Assembly (NCBI RefSeq): GCF_009834535.1
Contig: NC_045697.1
Coordinates: forward strand, 58,592,001-58,656,000
Length of the DNA: 64,000 nucleotides
Reading direction: 5' to 3'
From: Camelus ferus
Taxonomy: Eukaryota
Shown here one piece after another: positions 1-14,153 of the stretch. How positions within the stretch are numbered: the stretch's first letter is position 1; each line of letters begins with the position of its first letter. The notes under the pieces are model-generated. The model was not told where the DNA came from, ran no database searches, and saw nothing but the letters and a program-made list of their open reading frames with translations. The position numbers were made by a program, and so were the translations under genes.

Positions 1-404
1 GGGAAGGTATAAAAGCATTAATTATTCTCTGTGCCACTTAGAAAGGAAAAAAAAAATCTCTGCCAATTAAACTCTGACATGCCTTCAAGCGTTAGGAACA
101 TTTCAACTTATAAAATGTTAAAAGATGAAATCATAAGACTCTTAGAGTTGTTAAAATACCATAATAGCAGAAATGTCTCCACATAATACAGCGAGATAAA
201 TAATGGTTTAAAAGAGATGTGACTTTGGACAAATTATAACATCTCTTTGTGCTTTAGTTTTTTTTGTTTTTCACTAAATGGAGATAATAATATACATACT
301 TATTTGAGAGAAAAAAAGTGGCAATATGGATTTAAAGTAGACTTAGCAAAGTAAATGACAAAGACCAACAGATTAATAAATGTTTACTATCAGTACTAAT
401 ATTG

Positions 405-1090
405 TTAGTCATTCCCTAATACATTCAAGGATTATTGATTGCTTACCATGTGTCAATTGCTATTCTAAATGTTGGGGATACAGAAATAAATAACAAAAAC
501 AACAAAAGATGAAAAGCCCTGACCTCATACAGCTTATATTTTAGTAGGATAAATAGGACAAAAATTAAAATATATAGCATATTAGATATTAAAAAGTGCT
601 AAAGATAAGAAGAAAAAAATAAAACCGGGGAAAGTAACAGGAAGTCTTGGAAGAAGGGAACTGCAATTTTTAATAGGGTGTCAGGCATTTCCATGCTGTT
701 AAGATGACAAGGAAGCTCTGATGGAACTGGAGGACTCAGAGATGTGAATAACTGGGGAGCATTCCAGGTAGTAGGAACAGTATCTGCAAAAGCCCTACTC
801 AGTGAGATGGCCAGAATGGCTGGAGCAACATGAGGGAAAGCCAGTATGAAATGATATCAGAGCGATGGTGAGTGACTGGGGTGATTGTACAATACACACA
901 GGTATGGTGAAGACTATGGCATTTACTCTGTCTGGTGTGGGAAGCCACGTAAGGTTCTGAACAAAGAAAAGACACAGTCAGACTTAGGTTCACCTGGGTT
1001 GTTGTGTTTAAGAGTGACTGAATGGGAGAAGAATGGAAGTAGGGAGAACAATATTTGACTATACATCTGAGGTTTCAGTGGTGCTGATGA
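405..1090 (-). mobile_element. L2 3' fragment
   Basis: ATTCA...TATTGA..GC.TAC.ATGTG.CA, TGGGGATACAG, GCAAAAGCCCT, GGGAAGCCAC. Confidence 0.75.
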
Positions 1091-2125
1091 CTAGAATCCT
1101 ATGGATCACATACATATATACACAAGGGCACAAGGGTGTGAGGGAGGTCATGGCTTTTGAGTACATATACTATGATCCTCACTGGCACACAGTAGGCCTT
1201 CAATAACTGTTGGTGGAATTGAGCTGTTTGCTTTTTCATTTTAACAAAAGAAGTTAGCCTTTCTCATGTAAATTCTTCTTGAGCTCCATATCAATTACTA
1301 TCATTTATTCAAAATTGAAACAAACACACTGACAAATTGAATTCACCAGTATGAAAATGTTCCTGAGAATTCCTGACTTATAACCAACAGAATTATGTTG
1401 GTGTTCTCATTACTGTAAAATTTCTAGAAGTTTTGATTTATGAGGATATTAAGTAAATTTAGGTGGTGACAAAAGCACACAAACAAACAAAAAAACTGAG
1501 GGAATAAATTCAATTGAATCTGAGTTTACTGATTTTTCAACAACCAGTAAAACACTCAAGGAGCGTAAGTAGTTGAACTGATGACAGGATTTAGAATAAT
1601 TCCTTACTCCCAGCCTCAATATTGTATTTTATTCCCTTAGTTTTGACATCATTGTTATCCAGTTACTGGAGTCATTGCCTAATATTTCCAGTGACATACG
1701 TTTTATTATTAACTTGTGAATTGTAGTTTACCTATGAAGACAAAGTGATACCAAAATGTAAGGGATATATGTGATTTATTTATAGGTATGAAGTTAAAAT
1801 AAATTCAAGAAAAATAAAATTATTCTCTGTATTTGGAAATGAAATACTCAAAGTGAATAGTAAAGAAGAGCTCATAATTTAAGCTCCAAGTTTTTTTTTT
1901 AAGAAAGCAATTTTAGTAACTTTGATCTACTGCAGATGCTTGAAAAATATGTATGTGCTTGTCTCTGTTACATATGCACAAGCTTCTAAGAAACCGATAA
2001 AATGTAAGGCCCTATTTCAAGGTGGCTACTTTTCTTGGTTATTTGTTTTGTTGTTTATGTTTAGAGTCTGGTAAAAAGAAGGACATTGTATTGCTTTCTA
2101 AGTACTTCAAAATATTGCTTAAAAA

Positions 2126-2201
2126 CAAACTTTAAAAAATTAAAAACATACACAGTAACACAAACTTTTAAAAAAATCAAAAACATACACAGTAACACAA
2201 A
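2126..2201. repeat. ~37-bp tandem duplication
   Basis: CAAACTTT..AAAAACATACACAGTAACA twice. Confidence 0.8.
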
Positions 2202-4062
2202 TGGGAGAGCCAAACGGCTGTGAGAATGGGACTACTGGGTTGAATAAAACAGGGCTCCTCTCCTCAAGGAGTGTACAGGGTGTGCAGGCTCACTGTGGTA
2301 TGAGCTGTAGAAAGTCAAATTCTGGCTGTGCCCATCATCTCACTAGCACTGGTGAGGTCAGTAAACATTTCATTTTTGTCATGTAATTTACATTATCTGT
2401 TGAGGCAAATGTTTTCGACTAGTCCTCAAGTTGGGAATTTAGTAACTTCTCTTTACTCAAACATGCACCAAACAATTTATTTTCTTTCTAACATCATGCC
2501 AACTGTGCCTGCTCATCACCTTCTAAATTAATAGCATAATAAAAGCCTCACCATTTTGCTTTCAACTGATGTTTTTCTTTATAAGAGGATGAGGTGATAC
2601 ATTCCATAAGTAGTAATAAATGGGTCAGAGAAGCAAATTGCTCAGGAAAAATCTGCCCACAGGATAATAATTTTCAAGTTTTTCTACTAAAAGCATACAT
2701 ATATATATACACACACATACACACACTTATTTATATACACAGATATATATGTACATATACACACAAACACATGCACATCACACATGCAGTATTTCAAATT
2801 GCTAGGAAAATAAGTATATAAAATGCATACTGGTTATATTGAGCTCTTTTACTTCAACAGAACTAGATTCATTTTCAGAGACTTTGAAGGCTTCATAAAA
2901 CAGTATATTTACTGTATTAATAATACAATAAAGGACAGTGAGGTATACTGGAAAGAACATTTATTTTAGGTTCAAATGTTAGGTAATCATCTACTAACTG
3001 TGTGGATCTGGGAAAAAATTAATCTTCTCGAAAGTCAAAATTTCCTCATCTTTAAAACTCTGGATTTTAAAAATGTGGATTCTTATATTTATTTTGATAA
3101 TACTGACATACAAAAGACATTCAGTAATAGTAACATTATTACAATCAAATGCAGGTTATTCTCAGATGCATTTGACTCTGTTTCAGGAGAGCTACAAATG
3201 GCCATCTAAGTTAACAAGTTGAACTATTTCCTGAATTTATATAATAAGAACTGAAGTTAGACTAGCCTGAAGTAAAAGTATAAAGTTTATTTTTTTCACT
3301 TCAATCTCTGAGGGGCACTTAAAACCCCACTAGTAATCTACCCCCTGTTATCCAAACCAGCTTTGGGAAAGGTATGTGCTATTGTCACTTTGTACTCCAA
3401 CGGGAAATAATTTTAAAGTAAGAATAATGTAAATAAAGAGAAAAATATTTTTCAAAAGAACTTTTCTGCTCTATAGTATTTCAAAACTTGAAATGAAAAA
3501 AAACATTATGGGTATACAGGATATAAAAATTTTTTTTCCAAAAAAATTCAATATTTAATTTTGAAAGTAAAATGGGAGGGACAGGGAAAGACAGGGACAT
3601 TTTAAATGAAAATTGAAATATATACTATAAAGAATACTAAGCTATTTTGGACTCAAAATTACAGATAGCTCACATAATTTAGGAGCCTACAAGTGGTAAC
3701 AGAAGTCTATCAATCATTTGATCTCTCAGAAGCACAGCCTAGTCTTCATATAGGAGAGTATCAAAAATTTGTATGGCAAGTTTTAGACTCTTTTGGTAGC
3801 CCAGAAGCCCCACAAAGACAGACTCTTGCTCTTTTGCTCAGAATGATCCTCAGTGCCTTCAACAGCCTGGGACATAGAGGAGGTTGCTCAATTAGTATGT
3901 GTTCAATAAAGGCACTCTAACAACAACCAGCTTGATTCATCACAAAATATTAGCATTAAGACTTGCAGATTTGATCCTTGTTGAGCCAAGGGAATATTGT
4001 CTTTCTTATTCTTCACCACCAATCCCACTCTAACCTAAGCTTGTTTTATTACAATAGCCTTT

Positions 4063-4585
4063 TAAAAATTTTGTTGTTTTGAAATAAGTATAGACTCACA
4101 GGAAGCTGCAAAAATACCACAAAGAGTCTCTTCTTTCACTTTCCACCAATGGTGAGAACTTACATGACTATAGTATAATATCAAAACCAGGAAACTGGCA
4201 TTGGTATATAGCTCTTAATTTGACTACAGACTTTATTTAGTTTTCCCCATTTTTAAACTTGCATTCATTTATGTGTATGTGTATGTGTAATTCTGTGGAA
4301 TTGTTTCTTACGTGTAGATGTGTGTGACCACCACCACATGGAAGATACAAAACTGTTCCATCACTACAGCAGTACCTCTGCCACCTCTCTGTATTCATAC
4401 CTACACACCCTGTTCCTATCTCCTGGCAACCTCTTCTATTCTCCACCTCTACAGTTTCATCCTTTCAAGAATGTTATGCAATTAGAATCATAAGAATGAA
4501 ACCTTTTGAGATTGACTTTTTTTCTCTGAGCATAATGCTTTTGAGGTCCATCTAGTCAGTTGCAGCTATCAATAGCTACATCATT
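4063..4585 (-). mobile_element. Old L1 (L1MC/MD-like) 3' UTR fragment
   Basis: TTTTGAAATAA.TATAGACTCACAGGAAG.TGCAAAAATA; CCTGGCAACC. Confidence 0.75.
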
Positions 4586-5104
4586 CCCCTGAATCATCAC
4601 ATGAATACCTATACTCCATCTTTCACCTTGTACCTGGAATGATCTTTGAAAACTCCATCTGACTTGTTGCTGTTTAAAAGCTCACAACTGATCTTATTAT
4701 AAATTCAAAATTTTTAAACATGGCTTTAAAAGCCTTCTAATCCTCACCCTCCCTACTTCTCAAGCCTCCACTGATGCCTTCCTGCCTTTGTTCTCCCCCT
4801 TCTAACCATCCTGGATATATTTCCTGAGTCTTAAAAAGGCCCCTCTCATCTTCAATGATATGAATGTTTCTTTCCGGAACATGCTCTTCTCAGTCATAAC
4901 TATTTTCTCTCTCACATCCCACCCCTTTCACTCGGCTGAGTTACTAATCTTTTCCATAGCTGTGATTTATAGTGATTGCACACAGAAAATGGAAAAGAAT
5001 GAATGAAATTGCCATTTTGGATTACTCATAATTGTATTCAGTATATGTTTACAATTTTTTGGATATTACTCAGCTAAAAATTCAAGATTTCATTCTTTCT
5101 GGAA

Positions 5105-5246
5105 GTGATGAATTTTTGCACCACTAGTTACACAGAGCCACATGAAGGAGTGTCTGCATATAAGTTCCTGCTCTTGTGATAAATTTTTGCACCACTAGTT
5201 ACACAGAGCCACATGAAGGAGTGTCTGCTACAAGTTCCTGCTCTTG
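5105..5246. repeat. 71-bp tandem duplication (2 copies)
   Basis: GTGATRAATTTTTGCACCACTAGTTACACAGAGCC...TTCCTGCTCTTG at 5105 and 5176. Confidence 0.92.
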
Positions 5247-6224
5247 CACTTTCTAGCTGTGAAACTTCGGGCAAATCTCTAAAACAGAATGCATGTTAGT
5301 TTCCTTTAAAAATTTAGGTAAAATAGACTTATGAATGAGAATGCAATATTGTATATATAGTACACAATTTCTGACACATAATAGGTACTTAAGAAGTATT
5401 TTGTGTATGTGTATAAGATATGCAAATAGTGCAAACATCAAAGGAAGTTATTTGAAGGAAACAAAAAATCTATATGACTATATAATTTCCATGTCCCCCC
5501 AAATTATGGAATGAGTACAATTCTATAAAACAGAAATTCTGAATTCTCCTCTGAAAGTGAAAAGTATACTTGCTATCTACCATAATGCAATTTTCTCAGT
5601 CATCACATATGTATTAAATACAACAGAATGTCTTACAGTATATCTAATAGATCAAACAGTATCCAAATCTATTTATATTTATTTGTACATTTTTAAGAAG
5701 AACACAAATGCACAAAAGATTCATTGTAATCGTAAAACTCTTACTCATTAATATTTGTGCCTCCTTGTTTAACAATGAATCTCTTTAATATTATAACCGG
5801 TGTAGTATCACATTTTCACTGAAATTAATTTCTAATACTGTAGAAATTAATCTGGCTTGTATTAAAACCAAAGGAAAACATAGTTGCATATCTAAAAATT
5901 AAGATTCAGTGTATACTTAAAGTAAACAGAGAAAGTTCCCCAGTGAGGATCTAGCAAACAAAATTTATTATAAAATGACAAATTTATTATAACAAGTTTA
6001 ATTTATGGTAGAGAGAGATATAATACCTATTTTTATTACGTAACTCACATTACTTTCAGTTGTTAGTTATCCTATTTACCCTATTTACAATTGTATATTT
6101 TAACTGCAGATTAACTAGCAATGAAGAAGAACCCAAGATGGCCTTTCTACTTTCCAAATCCCCAACATCTAAGTTCCAAATAATGTGAAAAATTTTAATA
6201 CAGAGAAAGAAAATGAAACAGAAG

Positions 6225-6729
6225 AGTGGGCACTTTCACACTTCTGTGTCATTCCTTACTTACCCTTAAGTGTGGGTCAGGATCTGTACTTAATTCTACC
6301 CTATAGAAACAGGCAACTGTAGTGGAATGTATGTAATTACATGCATATATGTAAATACATACATATAATCATAAAGTCTGAGAAGACTTTCCCATCCAGC
6401 TTTGCAAAGTATGTTGCCATGTTGTGAACTGTCTATGGGGAGCCATAGGACAAGGAACTGAAGACAACAGCCAGTAAGAAACTGAAGCCCTCAGTCTGAT
6501 GGTGTGCAAGGTACTGAATGCTACCAACAACCACATAAGCTTGGTAACAGATTCTTCCCTAGTTGAGCATTGAGATGAGAACTCATCCCTGTGTGGCAGT
6601 ACGATTTCAGCCTTGTAAAAGAACCATCTAATCTGCGTCTGGACTTCTGACCCACAGAATCTCTGAGATAATGAGCATGCATGTTTTATGCCTTTGTGGT
6701 AGTACTGTTATACAGCAGTAGCTAATACA
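6225..6729 (+). mobile_element. MaLR LTR (MLT1E-G-like)
   Basis: AACTGAAGCCCTCAGTC, TGAATGCTACCAACAACCAC, ends CAGCAGTAGCTAATACA. Confidence 0.7.
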
Positions 6730-6811
6730 AGTTCTAACTATTTCATAACTTGTAAACGTTTGTGAATTAGAATGTAAAATTTGATAGGATTTGGTTTCAC
6801 AACCAAGAGGG

Positions 6812-7042
6812 CAGGAATTCCCAATCTATTGACAATTCTTTGTTGTGTGTGTGTGTGTAGGGGTGGGTGGGTGTGGTGTGTGTATAGTTGTCTTGTGCAT
6901 TGTAGGATGTTTACCAATATCCTTGGACTTTCTGTACTGGATGCCAGTAGTACTCCCTACCTCGAGTTGTGACAATCAAAATACCTCTAGAAACAGCCAA
7001 ATGCCCTTTAAGGGGAAAATCACCTATATTTGAGAGCCACTG
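6812..7042. mobile_element. MER20-like hAT MITE
   Basis: TGTGCATTGTAGGATGTTTA, GTTGTGACAATCAAAA, TTGAGAGCCACTG end. Confidence 0.75.
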
Positions 7043-8669
7043 ATGTAGTGGAATTTCTTCATTTACCTCTAATCTGTATTTGCTCAATGAGAAGGCTTCT
7101 GCATGCTGATAATGGTTTTAGGATCTTGTAAATATATATTAATCTAAACATGAAATGGCTGGATGGTTGCTTTTCAATTTGTGAAATGGCTCAAAGTCTG
7201 TAAATAAAAGGAAATTGGATGGCTTTCAAAAACATAGATTATGCCTTTCACTTTCTAGTGATTCTACACTTCTAAGACACATTTTCACAAATTGCATATT
7301 AATATTTAAAAACAGTTTTATTTTGCTGTTTTACTTGAGGAGAACATGCATAACAGCATACCAGGAAATTAATGAAAAGCACAAAATACAAAGCATCCCA
7401 ATTGCATGCTTGAATTGGGTCAAGGACGGGGGAAGTGGCTGAGAGAAAAGGGAAACTGTGGTGACTTCATGCTTTTTGATTTCAGAGATCACACTGCACA
7501 GAATAAATTCTGCAAGCCTCTTGTTTACTACATTAGATCTGCGGTCCATAGATGTTCAAATGCCTGCTAGTGTTCAGTTGCTTTTGGAATGAGAAATGTG
7601 AGAATAAAACTTCTTGCTTCAATGCCACTGCATTTGATGATCACAAATGATTAGCTTTCACATAAGGATATCTCATAGATGTGTTCTCAAGTTAAACATT
7701 TAAGGAAGAAATCACGAAAAACAAACCTGCTCTCTGAAACTAGTTTATATCTTCCCTTTCTCATTTATTATACAGTTGGATTCACATCATTAACATGCAA
7801 ATCATACTGCACTACAGTGCAATTTAAACAAAGAACTGGAAGCAGGGCCTGTGATTTCCTTATGGGCTGATAAATAGATTTTTGCCTTAAGAGAATAAAA
7901 TAAACTCTAGTCATTTTATGTTTACATTTTTGGGACTGGTAATAATTTTAAAACTGAACCAAAAAATTACTACTCTACTCACCTTGCCCATGGACATTGT
8001 CTAATTTACCTGATTTTAGAGTTAACAAGGTTAACTGGAAAAATATTCTGGCTTTTTTTGTTTGTTTGTTTGTTTGTTGTTTGTTCATTTTTTTCTAGAA
8101 GAGAAAATGTTTTATTTTGTCTGAATTTCTACTCTTGCTTTTTAAAATAAGGTTAACATTGAGACTAGAAACTAACTTGAGGCTGATTAAATAAGTATCT
8201 GACTTAAACCATGAGAGAAAAGTCTAAAATAAAATAATGAATAAACAAATGTAAATCATCTTATGAATTATATGTCCTCAGTGTTATCAGTACTTCAAGG
8301 TACATAACAATATATACTATTATGAAAAGGGTGGGAGAATGAAAAACAGTTTCAGAGACCCCTTCTTACTAGAGAGAGAGAGAATCCCCTGCCGCCAAGA
8401 AGGGAACTTAACTACGAAAGATCATTACAACCTGCTGCTCACTGCCTTTCCAAGTTTCTCTCCTGCCTATGGGATATAAGACTAAATTCTTTAGTGTATA
8501 TACATCAGATCCTCAGACATGGGCCTTCTCCTTTCCTCTACAGTCTTATTTATAATCACACCCCACTGGCTATCCTCGGCTCCAGCTATTTAAAAACTAG
8601 TGTAGTGTCCAAACAAACTAGGCTGTTTGAGATGTGGGTTTACCTGTCACTTCTTTTATGTAGTACCTA

Positions 8670-8960
8670 ATTCAGTCATTGAACAAACATTTATTGAACA
8701 CCTATTATGTGCTAGAGACTAGAGCTACAGCAACAAATTAATACGCAAAAATCCTTCCCTTCATGAGGAGGCAAATAATAAACAAGATAAAATATCTGCT
8801 AGATAGTAACATGTGCAAAGGAGAAAAATTTTGAAATTTAGACTGGTGGTCAAGGCAGGCCCAACTGAAAGGTGACATTTGAAGACAGTGAAGCAGTGAG
8901 CCATACAGATAACTGAGGAAGATCACTCCAAATAGAAGGAACATAAGTAAAGGGAACATG
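8670..8960 (-). mobile_element. L2 3' fragment
   Basis: ATTCAGTCATTGAACAAACATTTATTGAACACCTATTATGTGC. Confidence 0.75.
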
Positions 8961-8984
8961 CTTCTCTGTATTCTTATTTCTTTA

Positions 8985-10279
8985 ACTTTTAAAAAGTAAC
9001 AGTTTTATTGAGATACATTTCACATATCACACAATTTAGCCATTCAGAGAGTCCACAATTCAATGGTTTTTAGTATATTCATAGAAGTGTGTCCCATCAC
9101 CACAATCTATTTTAGAATAATTTTATCACCTCCAAAAGAAATCCAATACCCATTAGAAGTAGGTCCCCTCTCTCCCCAACTCTCTAGCTCTAGGAGCAAC
9201 TACTTTACTTTCTATCTCTACAGGTTTGCCTGTTTCAGACGTTTCATATAAATGGAATCATACAATATGTGGATTTTGTGACTATTTTCTTTAGCATAAT
9301 GTTTTCAACGTTTACCTATGTCACAGAATGAATCAGTACTTGACTCCTTTTTATCACCAAATAATATTCTACATACAAGTATATCACATTTTATTTATCC
9401 ATTCATTCGTTGATGGACATTTGGATTGTTTCCACTCTTTGTCCATTAGAAACAAATGATGCTATAAACATTTGTGTACCTTTTTTAAAAATGTGAACAT
9501 ATGTTTGAGTTTTCTTGGGTAGATAACCTAGAAGGGAAACTGCCAAGTCATACGGTGGCTCTATGTTTAACCATTTGAAAAATTACCAGATTGTTTTCCA
9601 AAGTGGCCACATGATTTTACAATCCTACCAGCAGTCTGTGAGCATTCCAATTTCTCCATATCCTTGCCAACACTTCTAGTTATCTGTCTTTGATTACAGT
9701 CTAGGAGTCAGAAATTGTATATAACTGTAGTTTTGTTTTGCATTTCCCTGATGGCTAATAATGTTGACGGTCTTTGCAAGCATTCGTTGTACTTTCGCAT
9801 GTCTTCCTTGGAGAAATGTCTATTCAGATCCTTTGTCTAATTTTTAATTGGGAATTTGTACTATTATTATTGAGCTGTAAGAATTCTTTATATATTTTGA
9901 AGCATCTCTTATCAGATATGAGTTGCAAATAATTTATCCAATTATGTTGGTGTCTTCTCACTTTCTTGACAGTGCCCTTCAAAGTATAGTTGGTTTTCAT
10001 TTTGATGAAGAATGATCTATTTGTTTCTGTGTTGCTTCTGCTTTTCATGTCATATCCAAGAAACCATTACCTAATCCAAAGTTGTAAAGATATTTTCCTA
10101 TGCTTTCTTCTAATTTTTAGTTCAGCTCTTATATTTAGGTTTATGATCCATTTTGAGTTAATTTCCATGTATGGTATAAGGTATGAGTCCAACTCCAGTC
10201 ATTGGCATGTAGATATCCAACTGTTCCAGCACAATTTGATGAAAAGACGACTATTCTCTTCCCACTAAATTGTCTTGCC
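8985..10279 (-). mobile_element. Old L1 (L1MB-like) 3' region
   Basis: TTTATTGAGATA..TTCACATA..., TTGATGGACATTTGGATTGTTTCCAC, TTTATGATCCATTTTGAGTTAATTT. Confidence 0.9.
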
Positions 10280-11367
10280 CCTAACTTCTTATCTCTAGTG
10301 TGCCCCTACTCATCATTCAAAACAAACCAATTTCTACTTAGGCTGTCAACAATTATAGTACTGTGTCATTTTAAATCTCAAATCAGTGCAGTGAGTAACA
10401 CAAGAACAGAAATTATGTTGTGTTTTGTTTTTCTTTCATTTTTGAATCTCTCAGTGCCTTCTACACAGTAGGCACTTGGTATCTGTTTGGTAAGTTAAAG
10501 AAAGACCTTTCAAATGGTTCTTGAATGATTGGCAGTACTCTGATGACTAACAGTACCAATGGAAGGCATTTAAATTTGGGTTGCAAAGCTACAAAAGTAG
10601 GGTGAAGTGATACTTTCCAAAAATTTGAATGACTTGCTAAGGACTGTAATTGCCTACTAAATTAGAAATTAAAACTTCTGTTGAGGTTTATGAGCAGAGA
10701 ATGAAGTGCTGTTTTCAGGAGAATAACTTGGCTATAGAATATAGAATATAAAAGGAAAAAAAGAAAGAGGTTTAAAGAATAATTTGGAAGTTATAACAAA
10801 TAGTAGAGTTAAAGGACAACAGGGTAATAATGGCACTGGTAATAGAAAGGTAGTATGCATTTTAAAATGCAGTCCTATTATTAGTTTGTTAATGGAAAAA
10901 AATTATAACCTTTCTTTTCATATTTCCACTTAAGGGACTATATCACAAGGAAATTTTACAAAAGAAATCCATATATTTATATAGAGTGATGTATAGCATG
11001 CTGTATATTAGGGAGGAGATGAAGAGACATACACACACAGTTTGAGAATGGCTTAAATGGCCATAGATTATTGCTACTAAAAGTGAAAAACACATAAGCT
11101 ACACAGATATATCTAAGAGTTTACACAAGATCTAAGACAAAAAAGAGAAAACATACAAGATCCAACAATATGTGTCTAATTATTATAACCATGTAAAAAT
11201 TGAGTAACTGGCATAGCACTGGAAAGGAGTATAAATACTAATACATGCTAAAAGGTATAGCTTGCATTTCTGGATTGAATTATGTAAATTTGCTAAGTAA
11301 TCAACAGAGAGGGAAAAAAACCCTTCTGCTCGTATTGTTCTATACAGACTATCTTATGTTCTTTGAG

Positions 11368-11430
11368 TTTGTCTCAAATTTCTTATTTTATTGGGACTTA
11401 TATATTTGTCTCAAATTTCTTATTTTACTG
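11368..11430. repeat. ~37-bp period tandem duplication
   Basis: TTTGTCTCAAATTTCTTATTTTA twice. Confidence 0.8.
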
Positions 11431-11480
11431 AGATAAAACCTTATATAGCAATGTTATCAAGAATAATATTGCATTTATCA

Positions 11481-12254
11481 TGCTGGAGAGGATCTGGAGA
11501 AAAGGGAACACTCCTACATTACTGGTGGGAATTCAGTTTGGTGCAGCCATTATGGAAACAGTATGGAGATTCCTCAAAAACTAAAAATAGACTAACCATA
11601 TGATTCAGCAATCCCACTCCTGGGCATATATCCAGAGGGAAACTTAAGTCAAAAAGACACATGCACCCCAATGTTCATAGCAGCAGTATTTACAATAGCC
11701 AAGACATGGAAACAACCTAAATGTCCATCGACAGATGACTGAATAAGGAAGTTGTAGTATATTTATACAATGGAATACTACTCAGCCATAAAAACAGACA
11801 AAAATAATGACATTTGCAGCAATATGGATGGACCTGGAGATCATCTTTCTAAGTGAAGTAAGCCAGAAAGAGAAAGAAAAATATCATATGATATCACTTA
11901 CATGTGTAATCTAAAAAAAAAAAAAAAAAAAAAAGACAAATGAACTTATTTTCAAAACAGAAACAGACTCACAGACATAGAAAACAAACTTATGGTTACG
12001 GAGTGGGGGTGGGAGGGATAAATTGGGAGTTCGAGATTTGAAGATACTAATATCTATAAAATAGATAAATAACAAGTCCATACTGTATAGCAGTAGGGAA
12101 CTATATTCCATATCTTGTAGTAATTTATGGTGAAAAAGAATATGAAAACTAATATAAGTATGTTCATGTATGACTGAAGCATTATAGTATATACCAGAAA
12201 TTGACACAACATTGTAAACTAACTATACTTCAATAAAAATACATAGACAAAAAA
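11481..12254 (+). mobile_element. 5'-truncated young L1 (ORF2 end and 3' UTR)
   Basis: L1 ORF2 C-terminal sequence, AATAAA and A tail; perfect 22-bp TSD AAGAATAATATTGCATTTATCA at 11459-11480 and 12255-12276. Confidence 0.95.
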
Positions 12255-14153
12255 AAGAATAATATTGCATTTATCACATCAAAATAATAACTTATTTATA
12301 TTAAGTATATTACCACTTATGATCCTATATATTTAATCAGAAAATTGTTAACAACAACAAAAATCAATCTGTAATATATTATGCTGACCTAATGAAAGAC
12401 TGACATTTCATATCAACCTGCGTATTATGAAAGACATCTAGAATGTGAAAATAATTTTAAAAGGTTCTCTGCTGTACCGTTTTATAAAATAATTTTAGTT
12501 TTATTTCTTTTTTGGAATATGGTATATGTTCAAGTAACTGTCATCAAAAACACACAATGGCAACATTTTGATTAAGTGACATTTCCTATGAAGATGAAAA
12601 GGTATATAAATTCACCTTTATCATGAAGGCAAAAATCCATTACCAGTATTCCAAAGTTATTTGGTAAAACTTTAAGATAAGGGTTATTCAAATAACTTTA
12701 AAAAATGATACTGCTCTTTCTCAGTGGAACAACTTCAAACAGCAAAATAAAACTCTTTGCTCATATTTTATGGTAAACATTTGACAAACTTACTAGTCTA
12801 ATGTGTTGCTGAACAGACACTGTATACCATTAATACACAATTCAAGTTGATTTTACAGTCCTACTTTGAAGTCTATACACAGTATCTGATCTTAGACTAC
12901 ATTAGATCCTCTTTAAAATCAACTTCAGTTACATTCATTTGTTTGGTAATAGTTTGGAAGAAAAAAAAAGTACTGCATCATTGCAAGGGCAATGCTAGTA
13001 ACTACCAAAAGCAACTTCTCAGAAGTACTGCAGGGAGTCAAAATAAGTCTGACTCCTAAGATGGATCTCTAACTAACCAAGTGAAATTTGCTCTGGCTTC
13101 ATTCCTTACTACCTTTCTCAATTCCTACTCCTAGTTCACCTGGCTGAATACCTTCCCACACAGTTATCTTCTCCACCTCCTGCCTCTCTTTCCCCTTATA
13201 ATGGTCTTCCTCCTCCTTTTAATTCTTTAAATTACCTTTGGGTGTTGATACGATTATCTCAAAAAATTTTACATTTAGAAGTAAGTTTCTGTTTGGTTTA
13301 ATCTAACCAGTTATAATGCAAATATTCTTTAGTGTATGTGTTAAAAAATAGATATTGGCTAACATCAAACTACCTTCTCAATGTTTTTAAATCTAGGAAA
13401 TAGAATTTGAAGGCAAAGTACACAAGAATTTTCTATGTTGTAATGAAAAGAAGCTGCAACAAAGTCAAAATGATTTTTATAGAGTCTGTATATAATATCT
13501 ACTGTGCCTATAGTTGACCCTCAGGGAATATACTTGAATGCCAAGAGCTTCAGAAGAACATAGGAGTTCTTCTTTAGCCTTGTTTAATTTTGTTATTCAG
13601 CAAGCACGTGGATGGTTGATCAATGTGACACTACCTTTAATCCCTAAAACAGAATTACGACAGACTAAGAACATAATCTTCCCTCAAGTGGGCTTGAGGG
13701 TGTGCTCGGGGGAGACATGCATTTTAGTTAATGCCATGACATGGAAGGACTCTTCAGTGAAGTCTGGCTGTACAGGGAGTTCCTTAATTATGATGTTTCA
13801 AAAGGCATACTGGAAAGGTTGGAGGCATTTTGAAATATAAGTGCTTTCCAGCCTTACTATGGACAGGAAGGAAGTGAGTGAAGTAGCTTTAGGCCAGTAC
13901 CAATATCATCTGAGTTCCTCCTGACGGAGAGAACATATACGCTAAGTTCAGACTGACTAGCTCCAGAGCAGACAAATCTGATGTCAGTAGATTGCAGATG
14001 TTCTTGAGTAAGAGCTTGCACAAGTGATGAGACCATGAAGAACACACTACAGTGAGAAGGGTGAGCTGTGCCACCAGTCAAGTGTATTTAAGGTACTGAA
14101 GAGTTGTGGCATTGCTTCCCTTTCATTTAAACCTAATGAGAAAGGATTCATGG

